A stretch of DNA of 64,000 bases from Poseidonia sp. (GCA_049412325.1 JBMSEL010000004.1:11075-75074), one strand, 5' to 3'. Numbered from the stretch's first letter, positions 17,186-32,167 are shown. Program-made: numbers and translations. The notes: generated by a model not told the origin, from the letters alone.

Positions 17186-18412
17186 ATGAAGGAACACCAA
17201 ACCGAAGACCGCCCTGAATGGGACCGAACCTCGGAATGGGGCGACATCCGATTCAATCGAAAAAGGATCAAACCCGGAACGCTTCGAACCGTGCACCTCC
17301 CCTTACTCAACGTAAGCCTTGGTGATGCTTGGCCCATTCCGGTCACCATCATCCATGGTTCAAGGCCGGGCCCATGCATCACGGTCATTGGTGGCATTCA
17401 TGGCGACGAATTGACCGGCCCCTCCGCCTGTACACATCTTCTGAGCAATGCGTTCACAGACGAGGGAAAGCCACTCGACCCGAAGAGCCTCGCTGGCACA
17501 CTCCGCATCGTCCCCATCGTGAACCTGCCCGGTTACCGCATGAAATCAAGGTATTTCCCTGATGGAAGGGACCTGAACCGTCAATTTCCTGGCGACCCAG
17601 CGGGCTCAACGACACGGCGAGTCGCTCACCAGGTGTGGACCCATTTGGTCGAGGACAGCGACGCCATCATCGATTTGCACAGCGCCGCCAAAGGCCGTCG
17701 AAATATGCCTCAAGTTCGCTGCGACCTCACGCATACAAGTTCATACCTACTTGCAAAATCATTTGGCATTGAAATCATTCTTGACTCGGTCCCTTCCAAA
17801 GGGACCTTGCGACGAACCGGCAACGCCGCTGACATCCCGGTGGTCACCTACGAAGGCGGCGGGGCAGATTCGCTGGGCGACCTCTCGGTCAAGGTGGCCG
17901 TTCACGGTGTCATGAACGCCCTCCGCTCCATGCGTATGGTGCCCGGCAACCCTCAACGACCCAAGTTCCGAATCATGGCCAGCGGATCGACGTGGCTGCG
18001 CGCCGCCGAAGGTGGCTTGCTTGACATGTTTGTGAAGGCGGGGAGCGTCATGCGAGAGGGCGAAGTGGTGGCAACCATCTCCGACCCAGCCACCCCAGGC
18101 ATGTCGGTTGACATCGTCGCACCAGAAGACGGGCTCATCATCGGTGCTGCCACCAACCCGTTCACGGCGGCCGGGATGCCCGTCGGCCATTTCCTGCCCA
18201 TTTCCAAGCACTTCGCCCTGCTGGAGGAACAAATCGATGAAAACGGTCAGTTCATCGTCAACGGCAGCCTTGAGGAAAGAGTCTGGAGAGAAGAGCACGA
18301 AATCAACGAAATTTCACTCGATGGCGAGTGGAGTGGTGGTGAAGTGGATTCTGAATGGATTGGCTCCAAGCCCACCGGCGACGAAAAGGACTTCGAAGAG
18401 GAAGCGGCTTGA
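17186..18412 (+). CDS. Succinylglutamate desuccinylase/aspartoacylase (AstE/AspA, M14-like) family deacylase with acidic C-terminal tail
   Basis: 'VIGGIHGDELTG', 'VPIVNLPGY' and 'DLNRQFPGD' are signatures of this family. Start is uncertain (ATG 17186 or ATG 17099). The track start at 16814 runs antisense through the thioesterase gene. Confidence 0.75.
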   Translation: MKEHQTEDRPEWDRTSEWGDIRFNRKRIKPGTLRTVHLPLLNVSLGDAWPIPVTIIHGSRPGPCITVIGGIHGDELTGPSACTHLLSNAFTDEGKPLDPKSLAGTLRIVPIVNLPGYRMKSRYFPDGRDLNRQFPGDPAGSTTRRVAHQVWTHLVEDSDAIIDLHSAAKGRRNMPQVRCDLTHTSSYLLAKSFGIEIILDSVPSKGTLRRTGNAADIPVVTYEGGGADSLGDLSVKVAVHGVMNALRSMRMVPGNPQRPKFRIMASGSTWLRAAEGGLLDMFVKAGSVMREGEVVATISDPATPGMSVDIVAPEDGLIIGAATNPFTAAGMPVGHFLPISKHFALLEEQIDENGQFIVNGSLEERVWREEHEINEISLDGEWSGGEVDSEWIGSKPTGDEKDFEEEAA

Positions 18413-19669
18413 TCAGGAAGCACTGAACGCAGCAACCGCAGCGTGAATTTCCTCGTCCAGCATGTTTCGCTTTTGGCTCTTGGCCACCTCAAACAGATGA
18501 GCGACCAAGTCGTCCTGGGGCTCAATACCCGCCTGCTCCAACCACCAGATGATGTTCGAACGACCGGACATGTGTCCAATCCGAATGACTTGCTTCAAAC
18601 CAAAATCACCGGCGGGAACGCCGGAGTACACTCGGTCAGCGAGCCAGTTGTCGCCTTTCCGCATGGCCTTGATGACCGCTGACGCGTGCACGCCGGTGCC
18701 GGTTTCGAACGCATCCTCGCCGAAGACAGGATAGTTCCGAGGCAACGGGACTTCGATGTATTCGTTGGCCTTCTGCATGTACGTGTCCAGCATGGTCAGG
18801 TCGTTGTCAATGACCCCCATGAGTTTCAGGTTGACCAAGGTCTGGTCGAGCGGGGCATTTCCGGCTCGCTCACCGACACCAAGGGCCGTGCCGTGAATCA
18901 CATCGGCGCCGGCTTCCACGGCAGCGATGTTGTTGGCCACGCCGAGGCCTCGGTCTTGATGGCCGTGCCAGTTGACTTCGATGTCTCGACGCTGATATCC
19001 TGCGTCCTTGATGACTTCTTCATCGATGAAAGCGAGGAGTTTCTTGACACCGTTGGGCGTGACGTGGCCGCACGTATCACAAACGCAGAGGCGGCGGACA
19101 CCGAGTTCCATGGCACGCTGGTAGATCATCTTGACATCCTCTGGATTGGAACGGGTGGTGTCTTCGGTGACGAACATCACCGGCACGTCGTTTTCAACGG
19201 CGAAGGAAACCGCCTTTTCCATGGTGGTCATGAGTTTCTCCATCGTCCACCCTTCGGTGTACTGGCGGATGGGGCTGGTACCGAGGAAGGCCGAGGCTTG
19301 GATTTCCATTTCATGCTTGGCCTGCATCTCAACCAACGGCTCAATGTCGCCCATCAGGGTTCGAACAGCAGCGCCTGGCCGAATGGCATAGTCGTTCTCA
19401 CGGATGTGGGTGAGCATGGCATCGATGTGGCTGCGATGGAACGGGCCAGCCCCCGGCAAGCCCAAGTCGACCTTTTGCAAGCCCAGTTGCTCCATGTAAC
19501 CGAGAAGTTCGATCTTCTGTTCGATGGTAGGGTTGCGTGCACTGGGACTCTGAAGCCCGTCGCGCAGGGTTTCATCATCAAACCAGACACCGTGGGGATG
19601 GTTGGTAGCATCACGCTTGAAGTCGTACTCCACCGTATTCCAGTCGTAAATCAAAGAACGCTCGTCCAT
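18413..19669 (-). CDS. 2-isopropylmalate/homocitrate/citramalate synthase-family (DRE-TIM, HMGL-like) enzyme
   Basis: 'FDDETLRDGLQSP', 'HGHQDRGLGVANNIAAVEAGADVIHGTALGVGERAGNAPL'. No LeuA regulatory domain. ATG at 19669 has a GGTGA SD; the track start is a TTG at 19729. Confidence 0.75.
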   Translation of the reverse strand: MDERSLIYDWNTVEYDFKRDATNHPHGVWFDDETLRDGLQSPSARNPTIEQKIELLGYMEQLGLQKVDLGLPGAGPFHRSHIDAMLTHIRENDYAIRPGAAVRTLMGDIEPLVEMQAKHEMEIQASAFLGTSPIRQYTEGWTMEKLMTTMEKAVSFAVENDVPVMFVTEDTTRSNPEDVKMIYQRAMELGVRRLCVCDTCGHVTPNGVKKLLAFIDEEVIKDAGYQRRDIEVNWHGHQDRGLGVANNIAAVEAGADVIHGTALGVGERAGNAPLDQTLVNLKLMGVIDNDLTMLDTYMQKANEYIEVPLPRNYPVFGEDAFETGTGVHASAVIKAMRKGDNWLADRVYSGVPAGDFGLKQVIRIGHMSGRSNIIWWLEQAGIEPQDDLVAHLFEVAKSQKRNMLDEEIHAAVAAFSAS

Positions 19670-19779
19670 CAGTCTCACCGCAGGAGGGAAGGCCCCTTGC
19701 GAAGCGAAGACACCGGCATCCCGTTTCAATGCGTCGCTCGCTTGCGTTGCAACTCAATTCCCGAACCGAGACTGGCACA

Positions 19780-24445
<4,666 letters not shown>

Positions 24446-24533
24446 TCAAAAACGTATCAGAATCGGGGGGCTGCGGGCATTTTTTGCGTTGCAAGAATGC
24501 CGTTTTCCTCCTACAAAATCTACTGCCCGCCAC

Positions 24534-24551
24534 GGGGTATAAACATACCCC
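24534..24551. promoter_or_regulatory. Perfect hairpin/palindrome GGGGTAT-AAAC-ATACCCC followed by a TATA-like 'CTATATGA'
   Basis: 7-bp arms at 24534-24540 and 24545-24551 in the 288-bp gyrB/aroD divergent spacer. Function is unknown. Confidence 0.3.
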
Positions 24552-24724
24552 CCTATATGACAGAAAAACGATGACTTGCGACCCATTTCATGTCGCCGAA
24601 ACAGACCCATACGTCCATCTTCCACCCTTCACCGTCATCAATCCTTATGCAAAGCAGGCTCACGCGCAAAAAGCGATATTGAGTCCAGCGTGACCGTTAA
24701 GAAGAGGGGTCAGATGGGTGCTTC

Positions 24725-25522
24725 ATGGCTGACCCAAAAGTGTGCGTTTCTTTGGAAGGAACAACCGTGAAAGAAATGGCAGACGAAGCAGCACGAGCAA
24801 ACCTCGCTGGCGCCGACTTTGTCGAAGTTCGATTCGACCGCCTTTATCTGAAGCGACCCGAAGCACAACCTGTTGAGGGCGAAGACGGCGAAATCAAACA
24901 CGTGATGCCACCAGAAAATGAATGGCCCGTTCGTGAAATAGAAAGTATCGATGTAGACACCTCCATTCAGAACCTCAAGGAGAGCATCCCTCTCCCAGTC
25001 ATCTTCACGGTTCGCCCCGTTGAAGAAGGCGGCTACTACCCCGGCGAGGCCGGTCAACGTCATGAGATTCTTGAGAAAGCCATCGCATCGGGCGTCAACT
25101 CGGTGGACCTTGAGCTGTCCATTGACGACAGCATTCGCACCGACCTCCTCGCAAAAGCCAACAACGGTGGAGTTCGTGTCATTTCATCCATTCACAACAC
25201 CACCACCACCCCAAGTGCCGAAGAATTGGTGGCCCTCGTGAACGAGCACGCCAAGGAAGGCGAGGTGTTCAAGTTCTGTGGAACCGTCAACGACCACCAA
25301 GATGCACTCCAGATCGTTGAGGCCAGTTATGATCTGCAGAGTTCCAAGCATGCCTTCTCCATGATGGCGCTTGGCAACGGTGGCGACTGGGCTCGCCTTC
25401 ACGCTCCTGTTCTCGGCCAATCGCTCGTCTATGCAACGCTCCGCTCGGAGTTCAAACTCTCCAACAAGGGCCTAGTCAACATCCGAGACCTCAAGAACGC
25501 CTGGACGTTGATGGAATACTGA
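24725..25522 (+). CDS. aroD: 3-dehydroquinate dehydratase, type I
   Basis: 'VCVSLEGTTVKEMADEA...GADFVEVRFDRL', 'VDLEL' and 'ISSIHN' match the AroD type I pattern. Confidence 0.8.
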   Translation: MADPKVCVSLEGTTVKEMADEAARANLAGADFVEVRFDRLYLKRPEAQPVEGEDGEIKHVMPPENEWPVREIESIDVDTSIQNLKESIPLPVIFTVRPVEEGGYYPGEAGQRHEILEKAIASGVNSVDLELSIDDSIRTDLLAKANNGGVRVISSIHNTTTTPSAEELVALVNEHAKEGEVFKFCGTVNDHQDALQIVEASYDLQSSKHAFSMMALGNGGDWARLHAPVLGQSLVYATLRSEFKLSNKGLVNIRDLKNAWTLMEY

Positions 25523-25525
25523 GGC

Positions 25526-26557
25526 CTACTCAAGTTCCGCAGCAGACCGCTGTTCCATCACCGGAACGGATACATCGCTGGTTGAGTGTTGGTCAAGACC
25601 TGCTTGCATGTAGCGACTGTTGAGGACCACGGGAATGACCACCACGGCCGCCAACAAGACGAACAGCGTCAACGGCACCGTCCACGGTGGAAGAAGTGCA
25701 GATCGTTCGGTGGGTAGCACGGTTACATCAGCCACCAAGACGCTGTTCAACGCTCCTGCGTCATCGTCATTGGTGTTGTCCCAGGCATCGATGACGAGGT
25801 AGAAATCTTGCCATTCCGAACCACCGAACAGCGAGGAATACACCTCAGGGCCGTCCATAGCGACGGAAAAGGTGAGCTCCTCTCGCTGTTCATACTGATG
25901 GACGTCCCGGTACGATTGCCAACCAAGGGGGTTGAAACTGCGCCATTCGGGAGGGATATCGCTCAACACATTGCCGTCTCCACCAGCAAAGTCGAGGTCG
26001 TCCCACCACCAACCACCATGCATCATTCGGTAGACCTCTTCGTAGGCATTGTATTGCGAGGTGGTCATCAAGTACACATCGGCCATGGCCGGCGTCGTAG
26101 TGTTCCCATCGGTTTCATACAAGGAAATGCAGAAGGTGGTTCGGTGAGCGCTGGAGAGGTTCATCCGGAGTACACCTGAACTATCGTTTCCAATTTCCAT
26201 CACGGTGTACTGCCCTGTTGTGAGCGGATCAAGCCTGGGCAGGGGCCAAACCGGATTGTACACCCAATCATCTTCGGGATGCAGGGCCGGATCAAGGTCT
26301 CCTACAGAGGTCTCGTAGTACTCCTCGTGATCTCTGCCCTCGGTAGCATAAGCAGGTTCACCGTAGTAAGGGTCGAAGGCGTAAGGGCTGCTCCAGTGAG
26401 GGACCAAAGCCATGTGCTGCATGCTGGTATTCCATTCAGGAGCGACGACTTGCCCCTCGCATCCTGATGCAGCCTGCGCAGAAGGCAGCACGCTTGTGCT
26501 CGGCGACGCAAAGATGGCCATCAGGACCATCAAGGCTACCGCAGATGTCGTTCGCAT
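25526..26557 (-). CDS. Secreted, C-terminally TM-anchored hypothetical protein
   Basis: ATG at 26557 gives a signal peptide 'MRTTSAVALMVLMAIFASPSTSVLPSAQA' and has a GGGTGA SD. C-terminal TM helix 'LTLFVLLAAVVVIPVVL'. The track's TTG at 26608 is less likely. Confidence 0.55.
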   Translation of the reverse strand: MRTTSAVALMVLMAIFASPSTSVLPSAQAASGCEGQVVAPEWNTSMQHMALVPHWSSPYAFDPYYGEPAYATEGRDHEEYYETSVGDLDPALHPEDDWVYNPVWPLPRLDPLTTGQYTVMEIGNDSSGVLRMNLSSAHRTTFCISLYETDGNTTTPAMADVYLMTTSQYNAYEEVYRMMHGGWWWDDLDFAGGDGNVLSDIPPEWRSFNPLGWQSYRDVHQYEQREELTFSVAMDGPEVYSSLFGGSEWQDFYLVIDAWDNTNDDDAGALNSVLVADVTVLPTERSALLPPWTVPLTLFVLLAAVVVIPVVLNSRYMQAGLDQHSTSDVSVPVMEQRSAAELE

Positions 26558-26604
26558 GCCTTCACCCGGTTGGAGACTATCCCGCTCGGTTTTAGGACAT
26601 TCCC

Positions 26605-29600
26605 TCAACGGCGGCGTAGGGGACGAACATATCCGCTCTCATCGTTCCGTCGTTCATCCTTTGAGAGAATCTTCGGGGCCGGTGGTGGCATATGATGGTC
26701 CATGCCCAACAAACCGCCTTGTGTCTCAACATGCTCAATGTCCGTGTAGGTCTCCGCAGCTTCCTTCGCTTCTTCCTCAAGCGCCGACGGCTCACGCATG
26801 ACCAACCAACCCAAGACAAGCGCCATAACGATGAGCGCAATGAATGTGGCCAATTCGGACCCTGCGTCGGCTAGCCAGGATTTCCACTCGTCTGCGCTGA
26901 AGTCAGACAATGAGGGTGGGCCATCTGGCTCCGGGACGACTTCAATGTCTTCGGTCAAAATGTCGCACTGACCCATACCGTCGCAAATTTCCACCAACAC
27001 CGTGTAGAATCCTGTGGCTTCCCACGTGTTGATGGTTCGGACAGAAGACCCGGCGATGGGCGTGATCCAGTCATCGGCAGGGTTACCGTTTTCATCCGCA
27101 TCGGTTTCAATGTCAAAGTCCCACCGAACGGTGAACTGGGTGAGGATGCGCTCGTCCCGTTCCGTGATGGAACCATCATTGACATCCAAGTCTCGATAGA
27201 TTTCCATTTCACTTCCAGCCTCTGCATCAAACACGTCAGCATCGAAGGAAACCGACGAGCCTGCAAAGATGTTCTCTGGAATGAAGATTTCACGGGCCTC
27301 GGGCGGTTCATCCACGACCACCGTGAAGGTCTGCCGGGACACATCGCCGGTTCCGAAACCGTCGCGAACGGTAAGCGAGACCGTGTATGTTCCTGGAAGG
27401 GTGTAAGCGTGCCAGGGCGTTGCTTCGTGCACCAGTGGCGTTGCATCGCCGAAATCCCACGTGTATTGGACCAAACCGTTCCAATCGGGCGATTCCACTT
27501 CAAAGGGCACGTATTTACCCTCGAATTGTCGGTCGCCGTCCCGGGTACCCGATGAGTCGAAGAAAAGCATGCGTTCGGGTGCCGTGACCACTGCACCATC
27601 CTCGTTGAACGTGTGTGACCAAGCATCGGGTACAGAGCCCTCTGGGAAGGGCGTTGAGCTGGTGATGATGTCGTCATCAATGTAGCCGTCCAAAATTCGA
27701 ACTTGGATGATGGGGAGCGGATTGGCGATTCGCACCGTCATGGTCCGAGTGAAGCTTTCTTGTCCGTCCTTGTCCGTTACAACCAGCGACACAATGTGAA
27801 CGCCTGGCGTGGTGAACGTGTGCGTGACTTGAGGGCGGTCACCAAATGTGCCATCGGAGAAGGTCCAGTTCCAGACCTCAATGTCCGTTGAATCCCCCAC
27901 TGAACCGTCGGGGTCCATGCTGTCAAGCCCGTCGAAGACGTAGGCCGTGTCAACTTCGCCGTCTTCCTCACGGAAGTCGATCTCACGGGACCCCATCGCA
28001 GACAGCGTTCGGACATCGAAGGTGGCCACTGGAATTTGGTTCAACACCACCACGTTCAGGACGGCCGTGGCTTGGCTGCCGTCATCGTCCGTGACTGTAA
28101 GCGAGACCGTCTTGTTCCCGGGGACATCCCAAGCCACAATGGGGTTCGTGGCGCTGCTGCTCACGATTGAGAAGTCATCGTTTCGGGTCGGCGTTCCCGT
28201 TCCAACACGGACGCCATCGGGGAAGGACCACGCATAGGTGAGGATCTCACCGTCGTCGTCCACGAAAACATCTGGAAGGACCAAACTGGTGTAGGTCATC
28301 GTGGTCAGTGTCTCGGCGTAAATTTGGACAGGAATCCTGTTGTTGATATGAACCTGGAGCGTCTTCGTTCCGACGTTGATGCCGTCCGAGACGGTGAGCG
28401 TGAGGTTGAAAGTTTCACTCTCACCGTCGATGTCGTCCCATTCATGTTGTTGAGAATAGACGCCAACACCGCCGCTTTGCGTCCCATCACCCCAATCCCA
28501 TTGGAAATCGAGATGGTCGATGGGAACATTGTCAACAGAGCGCCCAGCCGAGAAAAGGATACGTTGACCGGTTAACAAGGAAATGTTGTTTTCAATCACC
28601 ACGTTGTTTACGGTGATGATCGGGAGAGGTTCAGTGATGTCGCTGACGTTGATGGTGTGAACTTGCGTCTCCGACCACGTGCCACCCTGGTCCATCACAC
28701 GCAGGGTTGCGTTGTAGCTACCGACCTCAGTGTAGGACCGAAGGGGCGATTTAAGGTTCGAAGAGGCGTTATCGCCAAACACCCACGCATAAGCCGTCGG
28801 TGGGTCGAGGTAGGGCAGGCTGTTGTTGGTCAGCGAAAGACCCCATGCATCAAAACCAGCGCCTTGGAACTGAATGTTCTCCCAGGTTTGAACATCGGTG
28901 AGCGAGACACTCCCGTTGGCCACGGGGCGCATGTTACTCAACTGTTGGGGCGAGGTTTGGAGGGTGTCAACCGGTTCCCCAAGCATGTCGTTCATGACCA
29001 TCTCAAAGGCGTACTGATCGGCCTGTGGTGCAGTGAAATAGACCTGGCTGTCAACGACCACGCCACCACCAGCAGCGACTCTGTCGGTGATGGTGTCCAC
29101 GAGTGTACCACTCGCATCACGGACTGCAATTTCGACATCGAGGTCTTCAAAGAAGGCATTGGACAAGACACCGTAGTTGATCTCCACGGTATCGTCCATG
29201 CCATCACCGTCTCGGTCCGAGAGCACCGTGTTGTTGAGTGAAATCGTGGCAGGTGAAGTGATTCGAGCAGCCTCGATATCAACGGTGCCTTCCGGGTAGG
29301 ATGGGCCGCAAGAGGTGTAATCGCAATCTGCCACGGTGGAAGCATACCACGTGATGACCCAGACCTCATCGGTCAAGTTGCCGAAGCCAGGCACCAAGCC
29401 AGTGGCCACGTTGTTGACGAAATTGAGGTCGGTGACGCTCCACAAACCGTCCGAGACGGCTTTGGAGACGATCACCCCGTCGAATTGGCTCTTGTCCGCC
29501 GTCAGGCGCAGGGTAAGCGGTGCAGGTGAAGCAGACCCGGGGGTAAACTGGAAGGAACGAATGCCCCACCCCTCAAGGGTGTTGCCAGTGGAGGACCAAG

Positions 29601-30810
29601 GCGTGGACCAGTCGCTGTTGACTTCGGTTGGCTGCGCCCTACAAAACGCCCCACCGGTGCAGACGGGGTTGAGGTCAAGGTTAGGGTAGCCGTAGATACC
29701 TTGGTCAGAATCCAGGGTGGCTGCAATGCTGAAATTCGCAAAAATCTCGCCCATCGTGCGCCCCAAGAGACCGACTTGGCCAGACTGCGGTGACAGAGCG
29801 AGGTTCTCAACGCCACGACCACCTGTTGCAGAATCCTGAACAAGTTGACGAACAGCGGGTCCACCGCCGAGGTGTTCGGCGAGGTACATGGTGAACATGT
29901 AGCCTGCGCCATAATCCGCAATGCGCTGATTCCACCAGCGTACGGATTGCTCGGGTGCACCCGTCCAGGCGTTGACGTGCCCTGTGAGGGTTGAATCCGC
30001 ACCAAAGCAGAGATAAATCGCTACGTCAGCGTTTCCTTCATCGATCCAGAGGTTCTCGTAAGGATCAAGAGCGTTGTGGAGCAAGTGCTCGAGTTCGTGG
30101 GCGAGAATGGAACGGCCCCAAGAGAGGGTAATGTCTGCGTAATCCACGAACACCGCTTCGCGAGATGAGGAGAACGAGGGTGCAAAGTAGCCACCCGTGT
30201 TGTAAGCACCGTCAATGTCGTAGATGATGATTTGAACCTGACAATTGTTGTCGATGTCGGGCGGGGCGAGTCCGCGCCCGTCCTGGTAGTCCTTGCCGTA
30301 ATAGGTTGTCATGGTGGGGTAAATGGTGGAGTCCCAGGTGCTCGCCAAATTGTTGAGGACGGTGGAGGAGAGGGTTCGTCCACTTTGAACAATAAACGCC
30401 ACCGTGTTGGTTGTTTTTGCAACATAAGCCGAAATGGAGCCACCGGAGATGGGGACCGTCAATGTATCACCGACGACGTGTGGGGTGCAAGCACGGCCGG
30501 AAGAACGCCCCATCGAGGGCTGGATGACCATGTCCTCCACCCCTGGCCGACCTTCCTCAATCCAAGCCTGACGCATGAACTGAGTGGCGGAGACGACGGG
30601 TTCATCTTCATGAATAAACAAATACTCACTTCCATCGCTGGGGTCGAATTCGTCCAAATCACCGATGATAATGCCACCTGCATCGTACGTGCTGGCGGAG
30701 GTTGATTCCTCACTGCCTTCGGCCGCCACGCTCATCAGCAGTGGCGCTGTGCTGGAAACCAGCATCAGGAGGACGAAGGCAAAGGCTGGACTGGAGCGTC
30801 GTTCCGACAT
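26605..30810 (-). CDS. Giant surface protein: N-terminal gluzincin-like metallopeptidase domain, about 6 PKD-like repeats, C-terminal TM anchor
   Basis: Signal-like N-terminus. 'ILAHELEHLLHNALDPYENLWIDEGNAD' has the HExxH ... W(I/L)xEG arrangement seen in MA-clan peptidases. Repeated PKD-type 'W.F(G/S)DG' motifs (AWVFGDN, WDWGDGT, YAWSFPDG, WNWTFSDGT, YTWDFGDAT). TM helix 'FIALIVMALVLGWLV'. ATG at 30810. Confidence 0.75.
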   Translation of the reverse strand: MSERRSSPAFAFVLLMLVSSTAPLLMSVAAEGSEESTSASTYDAGGIIIGDLDEFDPSDGSEYLFIHEDEPVVSATQFMRQAWIEEGRPGVEDMVIQPSMGRSSGRACTPHVVGDTLTVPISGGSISAYVAKTTNTVAFIVQSGRTLSSTVLNNLASTWDSTIYPTMTTYYGKDYQDGRGLAPPDIDNNCQVQIIIYDIDGAYNTGGYFAPSFSSSREAVFVDYADITLSWGRSILAHELEHLLHNALDPYENLWIDEGNADVAIYLCFGADSTLTGHVNAWTGAPEQSVRWWNQRIADYGAGYMFTMYLAEHLGGGPAVRQLVQDSATGGRGVENLALSPQSGQVGLLGRTMGEIFANFSIAATLDSDQGIYGYPNLDLNPVCTGGAFCRAQPTEVNSDWSTPWSSTGNTLEGWGIRSFQFTPGSASPAPLTLRLTADKSQFDGVIVSKAVSDGLWSVTDLNFVNNVATGLVPGFGNLTDEVWVITWYASTVADCDYTSCGPSYPEGTVDIEAARITSPATISLNNTVLSDRDGDGMDDTVEINYGVLSNAFFEDLDVEIAVRDASGTLVDTITDRVAAGGGVVVDSQVYFTAPQADQYAFEMVMNDMLGEPVDTLQTSPQQLSNMRPVANGSVSLTDVQTWENIQFQGAGFDAWGLSLTNNSLPYLDPPTAYAWVFGDNASSNLKSPLRSYTEVGSYNATLRVMDQGGTWSETQVHTINVSDITEPLPIITVNNVVIENNISLLTGQRILFSAGRSVDNVPIDHLDFQWDWGDGTQSGGVGVYSQQHEWDDIDGESETFNLTLTVSDGINVGTKTLQVHINNRIPVQIYAETLTTMTYTSLVLPDVFVDDDGEILTYAWSFPDGVRVGTGTPTRNDDFSIVSSSATNPIVAWDVPGNKTVSLTVTDDDGSQATAVLNVVVLNQIPVATFDVRTLSAMGSREIDFREEDGEVDTAYVFDGLDSMDPDGSVGDSTDIEVWNWTFSDGTFGDRPQVTHTFTTPGVHIVSLVVTDKDGQESFTRTMTVRIANPLPIIQVRILDGYIDDDIITSSTPFPEGSVPDAWSHTFNEDGAVVTAPERMLFFDSSGTRDGDRQFEGKYVPFEVESPDWNGLVQYTWDFGDATPLVHEATPWHAYTLPGTYTVSLTVRDGFGTGDVSRQTFTVVVDEPPEAREIFIPENIFAGSSVSFDADVFDAEAGSEMEIYRDLDVNDGSITERDERILTQFTVRWDFDIETDADENGNPADDWITPIAGSSVRTINTWEATGFYTVLVEICDGMGQCDILTEDIEVVPEPDGPPSLSDFSADEWKSWLADAGSELATFIALIVMALVLGWLVMREPSALEEEAKEAAETYTDIEHVETQGGLLGMDHHMPPPAPKILSKDERRNDESGYVRPLRRR

Positions 30811-30867
30811 GTCAAACACCAAGGAGAATCGTGGTACGGATTCCCAATTTTGCGAGAAGAAAGGAGG

Positions 30868-30875
30868 TATTTAAG
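30868..30875 (+). promoter_or_regulatory. TATA-box-like element (TATTTAAG) about 26 nt upstream of the M28 peptidase ATG
   Basis: The distance fits an archaeal leaderless transcript. It is the only AT-rich octamer in the 87-bp divergent spacer. Confidence 0.35.
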
Positions 30876-30897
30876 AGTCCGTGGTCGAGGCGTCATC

Positions 30898-32100
30898 ATG
30901 CGTCATGCAGATGTGCGTGCTCCAACCGCACCGCGTGGCCTCATCCTGGCCGTTCTCGCCATCATGGTCATGGCATCCACCACCACGGGAACACACGCCT
31001 CCTTTGACCGTGCAACGCCCGCAGGTATTTGCTCGGCCATCGACGACCTGCAATTTGATGGGGCACGAGCCAATGCCTCGGTTGCCTGGCAGGTCGATTT
31101 GGGGCCGAGAACCCCCGGTTCAAACGCCTCGGCCGAACTCCGTTCAACCATCACGGCTGACCTTGAGTCCCTGGGCTACGATGTCAGCAACCAAACTCAC
31201 GAGCGGTTCGGTATGGAACTCACGAATCTCTTTGCCCGCTGGCCATCAAACTCAACGGGGAACGGTCAACTCGTGCTCTCCGCCCACTACGATTCTCGAA
31301 ATGTAGCGGACCAAGACGAGAACGAGAGCAATCAATCCCTCCCTGTCCCGGGCGCCAACGATGCAGCCAGTGGCGTTGCCGTGCTCTTGGAACTCGCCCG
31401 ACACATCCCTGCCATGGACTTGGATTACGACGTGCTGTTGTTCTTCAACGATGCCGAAGACCAGCAGCCAAAGTACACGCTGGGAGCGGAGGCTTGGGCT
31501 GAGAACCTCACGGAGGACGAAATCAACGCCACGCACGCCTTTGTGCTGTTGGACATGGTAGGAGACGCCGATTTGCAACTCCACGATGTCGCCCCGGGCA
31601 ACGCCACGCTCAAATCCAGGGTGGTGGAACTTGGGACCTCATTGGGGCTGGTAAACGGCACCACAGCCTGCAACGAACAAGCTGGTGAGGATATCATTCA
31701 ATACGACACCACCGTGCATGTACTGGACGATCATGTCCACGCACACAACCTTGGCATCCCGGCCATCGACCTCATGGACACCTCGTTCGGCGAAGCCAAG
31801 CCCTACACCTTCGGTTCGTACTGGCACACGATGGAGGATACACCCGACAAGGTCAGCGCTGATTCACTCGGCAAGGTGGGTCGGCTGGTCGAACTTGGAT
31901 TACGAACCAACGCCTTTGTTGGCATCGACGCCCACCAGGAGGTGCAAGAACACGACAGCCCTTCCCCTGATGGCGACGTCGGGGGGGTTGAAACCGAAGA
32001 CCATCCCCGCCGAAACACCGGTCTCACCGTCATGGCGATGGCCGGTCTGGTCAGCATCGTTGGCCTGCTCGTGGTCGTTGAAGTAAAAGGAAAACGTTGA
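30898..32100 (+). CDS. M28-family secreted metallopeptidase / glutaminyl-cyclase-like, C-terminal TM anchor
   Basis: Signal peptide 'RGLILAVLAIMVMASTTTGTHA'. 'LVLSAHYDSR', 'PGANDAASGVAVLLELAR' and 'LLFFNDAEDQ' are M28 zinc-ligand blocks. The protein ends in a TM helix plus 'KGKR'. Confidence 0.75.
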   Translation: MRHADVRAPTAPRGLILAVLAIMVMASTTTGTHASFDRATPAGICSAIDDLQFDGARANASVAWQVDLGPRTPGSNASAELRSTITADLESLGYDVSNQTHERFGMELTNLFARWPSNSTGNGQLVLSAHYDSRNVADQDENESNQSLPVPGANDAASGVAVLLELARHIPAMDLDYDVLLFFNDAEDQQPKYTLGAEAWAENLTEDEINATHAFVLLDMVGDADLQLHDVAPGNATLKSRVVELGTSLGLVNGTTACNEQAGEDIIQYDTTVHVLDDHVHAHNLGIPAIDLMDTSFGEAKPYTFGSYWHTMEDTPDKVSADSLGKVGRLVELGLRTNAFVGIDAHQEVQEHDSPSPDGDVGGVETEDHPRRNTGLTVMAMAGLVSIVGLLVVVEVKGKR

Positions 32101-32167
32101 ATCAAATCGCGGTCCCCTAACAAAGAGGTATTATCCGCGCACACACTCGGCGTAACGGGAGGGTAGC

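Noticed and set aside
26557-26608. Apparent ATGA-type coupling between the 1401-aa protease gene and the downstream gene, using the track's start at 26608.
   Set aside because: That start is a TTG with no SD. The ATG at 26557 gives a textbook signal peptide and has a GGGTGA SD, so the genes are more likely separated by 47 nt.
31990-32100. PGF-CTERM / archaeosortase sorting signal on the surface proteins.
   Set aside because: The C-terminal anchors are TM helices with basic tails, but none carries a PGF (or a shared) tripeptide before the helix. Three of the four also have long cytoplasmic tails, so no common sorting motif can be supported.
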